Positions 39,084 to 46,915 of a stretch of DNA of 64,000 nt are shown here, one piece after another (the stretch's first letter is position 1; every line of letters starts with the position of its first letter). A program made the translations under genes and the position numbers. The notes beneath the pieces were generated by a model. It worked only from the letters and a program-made list of their open reading frames with translations, was not told where the DNA came from and searched no databases. The stretch comes from a virus, in IMG/VR virus record IMGVR_UViG_3300009128_000008, positions 1 through 64,000 of that record; one strand, written 5' to 3'.

Positions 39084-39989
39084 TTATTTTTCATCCTCAA
39101 ATGATGATTCTGTTGATGGTTGTGCTGATGATTTTGTCACAAATTTTTCTCTAAACTTTTCTAACCATTTTCGCGCTTCTTGTTGGGCGCGTTCTTTCTT
39201 AAATTCTTTTTCGAACTCGGCTTCTTCCTCTGCTTCAAGCTGTTCCTGGTATTCTTGTTCTTCTGCTTCTTCCGCTTCTTCTTGTTCCAACATCTGAGTG
39301 AGATCTTGAACCAATTTATCTAACTCCTCTTCTTCTGGATCAAATTCGCGCTCTATTTCTTCTGTAGTTTCCTCTACCTCAACATCAACATCAGGATCAT
39401 CGGGATCGTCACCCTCATAAGACTCAAATAAGCTACCCGGTTCATCTTCTGCTAAAAATTTATCTAATTCTCTTTCGGCATCTTGTGCTTCGCCAATATC
39501 ATAAACATCAACCATATACTCTGCTAAATCTTCAGTTGGCGTATCACCCTCCGGTTCAAAAGCATATTCTTCTGGTTTTACCCCGACTCCCCTAAGAAGA
39601 TCTTCGAACTTGCTTTTCCTTTCGCCTCTTTCAACGCTTTTGAGCTGCTCCAATAATTCCTGCTCTGTTTCTTCCGGCATTATATCTGGCAAACCAGCCA
39701 ATCCCGGGTCATCCTCAGCGGCCTCAGCCAACATACCTTGAACACCATTTAGCACCAACGCAGATGCCTTTTCTAAACCAATATTATCCAAATCTGAAGA
39801 TACACTAATAAATAATTCGGCTAGCTTACTTACAGCAGCTGCAAATTTTTCCTCTACACTGCACTCATCTGGAACAAGGGGGTCCTCACTCTCTTCCGCT
39901 TTTTTATAAAACATCTGAGTATGTGAGTCACTAGCAATTATTTTGCTCATCTCAGAGGCAACTGCTTCACTAACGCTATATTTTGACAT
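39084..39989 (-). CDS. Acidic head-region protein (scaffold/core-like)
   Basis: 'SSDLDNIGLEKASALVL'; very Glu-rich. Confidence 0.55.
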   Translation of the reverse strand: MSKYSVSEAVASEMSKIIASDSHTQMFYKKAEESEDPLVPDECSVEEKFAAAVSKLAELFISVSSDLDNIGLEKASALVLNGVQGMLAEAAEDDPGLAGLPDIMPEETEQELLEQLKSVERGERKSKFEDLLRGVGVKPEEYAFEPEGDTPTEDLAEYMVDVYDIGEAQDAERELDKFLAEDEPGSLFESYEGDDPDDPDVDVEVEETTEEIEREFDPEEEELDKLVQDLTQMLEQEEAEEAEEQEYQEQLEAEEEAEFEKEFKKERAQQEARKWLEKFREKFVTKSSAQPSTESSFEDEK

Positions 39990-39997
39990 AATTATCC

Positions 39998-40315
39998 CTA
40001 TTCTTGCGCTTTGTCGCTCTCTGACACAACAATATCGGCTTTCTCTTCTTCCACAGGTCGCTCAATACTCATTATGTCTTTGGCGGCCAATAGTACATTA
40101 GCAGCGCTCTTCGGCAGTCCTATGCTATCTAAAATTTCGGATGCCTCTATTAATTTAGTACAGGCATCCGTTAATATCTCTTCCTTAGTTTTCTCTTTGG
40201 CAGCGGCTTTCTTTACTTTGGGCTGTTCAAAAATTTTATTGTAATTCTCATCACTTAATATATCGATCATAGACTGGGCTAACATATCGCCCACATTTTT
40301 ATCGTTTGAACTCAT
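39998..40315 (-). CDS. Small head-region protein (helical-hairpin family)
   Basis: 'ASEILDSIGLPKSAANVL'. Confidence 0.55.
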   Translation of the reverse strand: MSSNDKNVGDMLAQSMIDILSDENYNKIFEQPKVKKAAAKEKTKEEILTDACTKLIEASEILDSIGLPKSAANVLLAAKDIMSIERPVEEEKADIVVSESDKAQE

Positions 40316-40337
40316 TGAATCCCCATTGATACGGCAA

Positions 40338-40359
40338 GGGGCAAGTAAAAACTTGCCCC
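40338..40359 (-). terminator. Stem-loop after the protease/scaffold gene (weak terminator or stabiliser)
   Basis: ggggcaagt-aaaa-acttgcccc perfect stem, poor U-tract. Confidence 0.5.
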
Positions 40360-40391
40360 AGTTAATATTATATTTTTGGGTTTGTTTTCAA

Positions 40392-43300
40392 TTATACTTT
40401 TCTGCCAGCCCAAATCTTATTAAGCTCTGTCTGAAGATCAGATGCAGCCGCTTCAGGCTCGGGTAGTGTAATTGAATCGCCGGTGCCCATCATACCAACT
40501 TGCGGTATGGAGGCTTGCTTTTTCATAGGAGTCTGTGTAGATACCCATCGCTTCATGCTATTAAATGCCTCGTCATTAAAGCTCATAAGCTCTTTGACTT
40601 GCTCATTTACAGCAGTACGAACTAGCATTCCACGGTCTACCATGTCATGTGCTAATTCATAAGCTCTGGCAATCTTTACCTTGTATGATTCCTGTTTTTC
40701 CGCAAGCTTCTGGGACTCATGCTCCTTCGTAAGCTCAGATGCAAATTGAGAACATTCAGCATCTCCCTCGCCATAATACTGTTTCCAGTAACTAACAGCC
40801 TCGGCATCCAAACCATGAGCAACCAGTCCGTCAAAATCCTTCTCAGGATCAATCTTGCCGGCGGTTACCATCTGCTGAATCTCTTCGGCCATCTTACGGA
40901 CTCTAGGAGGCGCCGTGGCAACATCCATTACCTTGTCATGAGCCTCTTCTAATGTCTCAACCTTGCCTAATTCACCAGTAGGTGCAACATCCAGTTGGGT
41001 TGTGACACCACCGCCGGGATGTGCTTCATCTAATACATTAGAAAATGTCAATCCTTGTTGTGCCATTTTTGATAATTCCTCTCTATATGCTACGCGCCCT
41101 TCCTTTGTTGTTAGGTCAAACTTTTCACTTGCGCCAGTCATTTTTGCCAAATCATCTGGAGTGGGACCCTCTACCTTTAAACTGCCATCTGGACCAAGCG
41201 TCGCTGCAGTTGCTGCATTGTCATCATCATCTGCTCCAAAGCCCTTGCCTACCATTGGATATACTTCTTTTGGTTTATATTCAAGTTTTGCCGGGCGTTC
41301 TGGCGTTGGTCCAACATCGATTCCGCCCAATGGATATGCGGTTGTGCTCTCAACTGGCTCAGCTGGCGCAGCTTCATCCTCTTCAAGCGCCCCATAAAAT
41401 TCAGCCGAACCCGGAGCATTTACTGGCGCTTCTAATTCAGCATCAACTTCCTTCTCAATTTCTTTAAGAAACTCTGGCGAAGGCGTAATTACATCTTCCT
41501 CTAACACCACATCAGCATCGGCAACATCAACATCGGCAGCATCAGCTGTGTCAGCAGCATCAGCAGCATCAGCAGCATCAGCAGTAGCGCATTCACACTT
41601 ATCATCGCCACACTCTTCGCAGGCGTCTTCAGCTTTCTTCTTCAGCTGCTCTTTTGTCTGCTTAGATTTCTTGGTTAGCATTTCTGCTCCTCGGGCGTAC
41701 TTGACAAATGCTTCCATCAGCTTATAACAATCGGCAATAGTTGATTTGGCATCATCGCAAGCGTCCTTGACCAAAGTGTTTACAGAGCTAGCGTCTTTCT
41801 CGTCTAGCTTCTTCTCATTCTTGTAAATATGCTCGGCCAAACGCAACTCTTCAATATGCTCTGCCATATCAGCGCCGACCTTCTTCATACCTACAACCAG
41901 AGACTTTCCTAGTTTCTTATGCATTTTAACCATCGCGCCAACAGGTGGTAATGCTCCTTCACCAGGACCTTCACCTTCAGCCTCGACTTCTTCTGCTATT
42001 CCGCCAAACTCATCTAGCTCTTCACCCTCTTCTAACAGGGCTTCAACAGCTTCCCGGACATCAGAAACGTTATTTTCTAGTTCGTTAAGAAGACCTGGCA
42101 GCTCTTCCTTGGGATCGCCAGTTCCGCCTTCATCAGGAACAGGTTCTCCTTCAGGCTCAAGTGCTTCAGGAGCTGCGCCTAATTCCTCAGGTGCAACAGG
42201 CTCTTCTGCAGTAGCAGGTGCTGGTGGTGCAGGCGGTGGAGTTAATTGTGCACTCTTTAGCATTGCATCTGCTTTCTCAAACCCTTCAGACCTCAACACG
42301 TCCAAAATTTTACGGCCATATTTTTCAGTTGCCACAAAATCGTAAAAAGCTTCTACTTTGCCGTCAGTGATCTCTTGGACAGTTGAGCTGAGAATAAGCT
42401 TGTCATCAGCATATACCTGCCAACGACTATTTGCCGGATCCTCAGTTCCGTCTGATTTGGCCGCCTTAATAAATTTGGCGGTCAATTTGGCTCGAAGAAG
42501 CATCTTTTTACGAGCCTCATCGTCACCATATAGTCCTTCCACATCACCAACATCAGGAAAAGGAGCCTCTCCTACCATCTGCTTATCTTCCTTATCGCGG
42601 GTAGTTTGATAGTCCTCTTTAGGATACGTTGGCTTTCCTGGGGTGGGTTCATTACCCTCTCCACCACCTTGGAAGTAGGCCTTGCGAGTCTTAAGCGCTT
42701 CTTTGGCTTTTTCCACCGCAGCCTGACGACGCATTGCCCGCTCTTCTTCCTCAGCTAAACGTTGCAATCGCTTTTTGCGCTCTACTTCAGATTCGCCAGC
42801 ACTGTCAGGTCCGGGAGCCATCCCGTCGACAGGACCAGTATCCATCTGACCCACCATCTGTTTATCCTCATTATCACGGGTGCCCTGATAATCTTCTTTG
42901 GGATACTTTGGTGCGCCAGGTGTAGGCTCATTTACTCCACCACCACCTTGAAAATAAGCTTTCTTTTCAGTCATTTTACCCTCGTTTTGATTTTGTGACA
43001 ACAAACTATCTACGTCATTTTGTAATTTGTTTAAACTTGTATGAATGCCATTAACGACACTAGCAAACTTTCCTAATTCTACATCTGTTGAGGCGTCTTT
43101 TTCTTCTTTCGTCTCTATTGGCGCCTCGCAAACATCATCAGCTTCTTGTTTTTCTTGCGACATCTCTTCACCTTCTTCGGCTTCTTCCACTGTTTCCGCC
43201 TTTTGTTCAAGTGCCTCAAGCTTTTCACAAGCTCGCTCTAAATCTTTTTTAATTTCAGCTACTGCTTCAGGATCAACTAATTCGTTCATATCGGCCAACT

Positions 43301-44093
43301 TTGAAATAAGTTCTTCTTTGGAATCTACATACTGCGCAATACTGTGTGCTGCAGCAACTATATGTCTAATTTTTGCCTTACCATCCGCTCCGCTTACCAC
43401 TATTGATAATTCGATTGGGTTAAGATCGCAATTTATTTCCCCATAACAACTCTTCTGTCTCATATGGGGGCAAAAATCATTTTCTGTTCGCGCTACTTTG
43501 CCACATTCGGAACAAATTGCTCGTCCAACAGCAGTTCCCATAGAAACTGATGTAGCATAGCCAGTTGAAACTTTTCTAGCCAAATCTGGATAGTTTACCT
43601 TGTCAAGAGCACATAAGGCAATAATTCTTTTCTTGGGATAATCATAATAAGTATCAACAATAACACCACGGACCATATCCACAGAACTTGATTTATGATC
43701 CAGACAAAGCGGTCGTCCTATCCATTTCTTATAAGCCTTAAGTAATTCCTCTTCTGGAAATATATCATTATTAGAATTCTTATATGGCTGCATATTAGGA
43801 TCTGAACAAACCCACTTCCATGAATCGCCCTTCTTTTCCCAATGGGCGTTTATCTCTTCGCCATTAGCATCTTTCTTAATAGTTCCGTCGTCATTTAGCA
43901 ATACAGATTCGGCCGCATGCATCATAATGGCGGAAAAATATAAAAAGTCTTTCGCCCTAGGAGCGATCACTTTTAAATCGGCCGCAATCTTCTCGAACCT
44001 CTCCAAAATAGCAGGATTAGACATAACGCTTTCCTGCGATTGAATCGCGTCCGGTGTGATAGTAACGGCTTCTCCTAATTTGATTATAGTCAT
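40392..44093 (-). CDS. Prohead protease fused to an acidic coiled-coil scaffold
   Basis: 'NSNNDIF', 'LCLDH', 'SVSMG', CxxC/'FCPH' insert and 'ELSIVVSGAD' match HK97/S78-type prohead proteases; long acidic C-terminal region. Confidence 0.8.
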   Translation of the reverse strand: MTIIKLGEAVTITPDAIQSQESVMSNPAILERFEKIAADLKVIAPRAKDFLYFSAIMMHAAESVLLNDDGTIKKDANGEEINAHWEKKGDSWKWVCSDPNMQPYKNSNNDIFPEEELLKAYKKWIGRPLCLDHKSSSVDMVRGVIVDTYYDYPKKRIIALCALDKVNYPDLARKVSTGYATSVSMGTAVGRAICSECGKVARTENDFCPHMRQKSCYGEINCDLNPIELSIVVSGADGKAKIRHIVAAAHSIAQYVDSKEELISKLADMNELVDPEAVAEIKKDLERACEKLEALEQKAETVEEAEEGEEMSQEKQEADDVCEAPIETKEEKDASTDVELGKFASVVNGIHTSLNKLQNDVDSLLSQNQNEGKMTEKKAYFQGGGGVNEPTPGAPKYPKEDYQGTRDNEDKQMVGQMDTGPVDGMAPGPDSAGESEVERKKRLQRLAEEEERAMRRQAAVEKAKEALKTRKAYFQGGGEGNEPTPGKPTYPKEDYQTTRDKEDKQMVGEAPFPDVGDVEGLYGDDEARKKMLLRAKLTAKFIKAAKSDGTEDPANSRWQVYADDKLILSSTVQEITDGKVEAFYDFVATEKYGRKILDVLRSEGFEKADAMLKSAQLTPPPAPPAPATAEEPVAPEELGAAPEALEPEGEPVPDEGGTGDPKEELPGLLNELENNVSDVREAVEALLEEGEELDEFGGIAEEVEAEGEGPGEGALPPVGAMVKMHKKLGKSLVVGMKKVGADMAEHIEELRLAEHIYKNEKKLDEKDASSVNTLVKDACDDAKSTIADCYKLMEAFVKYARGAEMLTKKSKQTKEQLKKKAEDACEECGDDKCECATADAADAADAADTADAADVDVADADVVLEEDVITPSPEFLKEIEKEVDAELEAPVNAPGSAEFYGALEEDEAAPAEPVESTTAYPLGGIDVGPTPERPAKLEYKPKEVYPMVGKGFGADDDDNAATAATLGPDGSLKVEGPTPDDLAKMTGASEKFDLTTKEGRVAYREELSKMAQQGLTFSNVLDEAHPGGGVTTQLDVAPTGELGKVETLEEAHDKVMDVATAPPRVRKMAEEIQQMVTAGKIDPEKDFDGLVAHGLDAEAVSYWKQYYGEGDAECSQFASELTKEHESQKLAEKQESYKVKIARAYELAHDMVDRGMLVRTAVNEQVKELMSFNDEAFNSMKRWVSTQTPMKKQASIPQVGMMGTGDSITLPEPEAAASDLQTELNKIWAGRKV
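41510..41585 (-). repeat. Low-complexity (Ala-Asp-Ala)n coding repeat
   Basis: gcagcatca tandem units encoding ADAADAADAADTADAAD. Confidence 0.7.
42570..42965 (-). repeat. Two copies of a ~40-aa module in the scaffold
   Basis: KKAYFQGGGGVNEPTPGAPKYPKEDYQGTRDNEDKQMVG vs RKAYFQGGGEGNEPTPGKPTYPKEDYQTTRDKEDKQMVG. Confidence 0.85.
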
Positions 44094-44106
44094 ACTAGTG
44101 CCCTGA

Positions 44107-44271
44107 TTATTTATCAGATTCTTTATTTAATTTGATTTTATTACCATCTTTGTTAATATTTTTAGCATCTTGCTTGGCCTTCTTGAGAGCCTTTTTGGTC
44201 TCCTTATCGTCTAGCTCTTCATCGTCGTCCAATATATGCAAAATCTTTACCTGACCACGTTTAATAATCAT
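44107..44271 (-). CDS. Small 54-aa protein missed by the ORF track
   Basis: MIIKRGQVKILHILDDDEELDDKETKKALKKAKQDAKNINKDGNKIKLNKESDK*; fills the gap; GGGG upstream; N-terminus resembles MTIIKLG of the next gene. Confidence 0.65.
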   Translation of the reverse strand: MIIKRGQVKILHILDDDEELDDKETKKALKKAKQDAKNINKDGNKIKLNKESDK

Positions 44272-44275
44272 ATAA

Positions 44276-45010
44276 TTATTCCCCTATATGCATTGTTCTA
44301 ACAAAGTCAGGATAAGTTATTTTTTGAGCATCACTTGGATTTAGTGCCTGAGTATCTTTCTCGGGCTCCGCCATATTGCCATTACCAACACCTTCTATCA
44401 CATTTTGTCTTTCTGTAAATAGCCTTACGATTAATGGTATCTTATCCTTTATTTTAGAACTTAACTCATCTCCTGCAGACTCTACCCAGTTTGTTGCAAG
44501 AATATTCGCATCTATATGCTCTATTATCCTATCTTTTATTAAATTTTCTGCTTGTTCGGATTGCTTTTTTATATTATCTATTGCCGAAATAACCTGCTCT
44601 CTAAAATCAGGAGCACGATAATCTTTTAATACTTTCAGAAATATATTAACTTGTTCTTCCACTTCCTGTATGCTATCAATAAAAGAATTAATTAATTCTT
44701 GTATTTTTGAGTCCGGGGTGAAATAATTTAATTCTTTTACAGCTAAAAAGGCTCGTCTTATTACTTTGTTGTAATTTTCCTTTACCTTCTGTTTATATCT
44801 GTTAATGACGCCCCTTCTTTCTATAACAGCTTCCGTCGAAATATTATCGAATTTCTTAAAAGGATCATACATAATATCCAAATGCTCTTCGGCATTATCT
44901 AAAGCACCGAGAACCTTCTTAAATCTTTCGGACGCACGGATAGCGATTTCCTTTTCAGCTTCGGGAACATCAAATGCCATTTCGATACTACTTGCTATTT
45001 TTTCTAACAC
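44276..45010 (-). CDS. Helical-bundle head-region protein
   Basis: GTG start with GAG upstream; begins 'MLEKIA'. Confidence 0.55.
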   Translation of the reverse strand: MLEKIASSIEMAFDVPEAEKEIAIRASERFKKVLGALDNAEEHLDIMYDPFKKFDNISTEAVIERRGVINRYKQKVKENYNKVIRRAFLAVKELNYFTPDSKIQELINSFIDSIQEVEEQVNIFLKVLKDYRAPDFREQVISAIDNIKKQSEQAENLIKDRIIEHIDANILATNWVESAGDELSSKIKDKIPLIVRLFTERQNVIEGVGNGNMAEPEKDTQALNPSDAQKITYPDFVRTMHIGE

Positions 45011-45083
45011 GATTATACTCTTTTTAGATATAAAACTCTTACATAAAAATATTTTACTATTAGTAGCGATATATGCCTAGATA

Positions 45084-45842
45084 CTAATATAAACTCACAA
45101 AGCCTTGATTTTCGACAGGGCCCACACCTCTAATGCCAGAATAATTATCATATTGACCAACTAACGGCACTTCTTCTAGATCTATCCCATATTCCCGCAA
45201 CAAATCCTGCAAACGCATCTTACGGAGCCCCATTCTCCTTCTTTTTCGATTAGCAAATGGAAATTGCGCCGATGGCCTGTTTACATCAGTCTTCGGAGCC
45301 CATGATTGTTGAGGCATAAATGCGGGAGGAACATTACCCATATTGAACCAATCACGCTCAAGACTTACTATGTCTTCATCGGTTACGTCATTTGCGTCTG
45401 TTTTATGACGCTTAATGAATAATGTATAAAACGCCTTAGTACTAGGGTCCAAATCTTTGCCAAAATCTATTTGCTTTGCCTCTTCTAATGCTTTGTCTAC
45501 ATCCCAATTATCATGTTTTATACGATACAGGGCTGCAGCAGTACCGGTTCTATCCTTTCCATGTAAACAGTGGATATAAGACGGTTTATTGTCGGTCAAT
45601 AAATCAACTATATTGTCGGAAAGGTAATTAAATAAATGTATTGTCTCTGGTCCCTGTAAAGGAATGATGATATGTTCGATACCAAGCTCCTTAACTATCG
45701 GGGATATTTTATTACCAACCTTTTCATCAAGGCTAATTATACGCTTTATCCCAAAAATATTAGATAATATTTGCAGATCTTTCCCACTAGGAGCGCCGCC
45801 CCTATAAATACCATCATCTATTTCTGAAAAACGCTCCGGCAT
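45084..45842 (-). CDS. Protein tyrosine/dual-specificity phosphatase (Siw14/DSP-like) with C-terminal extension
   Basis: 'IYRGGAP', P-loop 'HCLHGKDRTG'. Confidence 0.88.
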   Translation of the reverse strand: MPERFSEIDDGIYRGGAPSGKDLQILSNIFGIKRIISLDEKVGNKISPIVKELGIEHIIIPLQGPETIHLFNYLSDNIVDLLTDNKPSYIHCLHGKDRTGTAAALYRIKHDNWDVDKALEEAKQIDFGKDLDPSTKAFYTLFIKRHKTDANDVTDEDIVSLERDWFNMGNVPPAFMPQQSWAPKTDVNRPSAQFPFANRKRRRMGLRKMRLQDLLREYGIDLEEVPLVGQYDNYSGIRGVGPVENQGFVSLY

Positions 45843-46580
45843 TTAATACAAAAACCTTCCTACGTTGTTTAAAACCTGTCTTATAAACTCTGGATTCTGT
45901 CCGCTTAAAATATTCTTGATAAAAGCAATCGATTGTCCCATTGCGGCTGATATCGGAGTCTGTTTTGAGGCCACTTCATGTTCATTTATAGCTAATATTT
46001 TGCCCCGAAGATTTGTTATAGAATCAGTTTTACCAGCATCTGTCATTCGCTTCATGATAAACTTCACAACGCTGGCTATGCTTTTGCCTGCCATCATCGG
46101 ATCTCCCATCTCAATGACGGACTGGGCCATTTTAACAATCCGCGCATTAACAATAGAAGCCTCTTTATCAGAAAAATCATAATCTACAGATTGTATTGTC
46201 TGGAGCAACGCCGCTTCTTCCGGATAATCAATATCTTCATGCACCGCGTCATCAAATGCGGACTTAAATTCCGACATAAAATCTTTAACCTTATCAGGAG
46301 CATTCTTATTTAGCCGCCTCATTAGTTCGGAATAGGTCAGTCTTGTGTTCTTTTTGTTATCAGACTCTTTGATAACGCCATATAAATCATTTAAGGCTTT
46401 CTTTCTCTTCTTTTTCTTCTTTTTCCTCTTATTTTTCATATGTTTAAACATTTCGACCTGAGCAAGGCGCTCCTCAGCAGCGGCACGAGTATCATATGTG
46501 CCTAAATTTCTGTCGGATCTAGAAAGCACTCTCCACTTTCCGCCCGGCAGTTTTTTTATATATGACCTTTTAACAATCAC
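45843..46580 (-). CDS. Head-region protein with poly-Lys tract
   Basis: 'RNLGTYDTRAAAEERLAQVEMFKH' module, KRKKKKKKRKKA, KEA/KMA sites. Confidence 0.55.
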   Translation of the reverse strand: MIVKRSYIKKLPGGKWRVLSRSDRNLGTYDTRAAAEERLAQVEMFKHMKNKRKKKKKKRKKALNDLYGVIKESDNKKNTRLTYSELMRRLNKNAPDKVKDFMSEFKSAFDDAVHEDIDYPEEAALLQTIQSVDYDFSDKEASIVNARIVKMAQSVIEMGDPMMAGKSIASVVKFIMKRMTDAGKTDSITNLRGKILAINEHEVASKQTPISAAMGQSIAFIKNILSGQNPEFIRQVLNNVGRFLY

Positions 46581-46915
46581 CTATGACGCCTCACAGTTCG
46601 TTCTTCATCCCAGTATACATCCTTCATTCTTAGTCCGCCATTTACCGGAACAATTGACACAATAGACCAACAATTAAGAAATACATGGTTCGATTTTCCT
46701 GTCCCTTTATCATAACACTCTACAACCAAGCAATCACCCATTAAATCTATTATCCTACCACGCACCACACTCTTTTGGTCCATATCACAATCACTGAACT
46801 TAAATGTAGTATGCGCATCGCCACAATACACTTCCACCATCTCATCTTGGAGGTAATGCATTATTGCCGCGCCATAAGAGCTTATTTCTACTACTGGAGA
46901 TTTTGCTTTAGCCAT
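46577..46915 (-). CDS. Small beta-barrel protein (Sm/SH3-like pattern)
   Basis: 'VEVYC…VRGRIIDLMGDCLVV…VFLNCWSIVSI'. Confidence 0.4.
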   Translation of the reverse strand: MAKAKSPVVEISSYGAAIMHYLQDEMVEVYCGDAHTTFKFSDCDMDQKSVVRGRIIDLMGDCLVVECYDKGTGKSNHVFLNCWSIVSIVPVNGGLRMKDVYWDEERTVRRHR

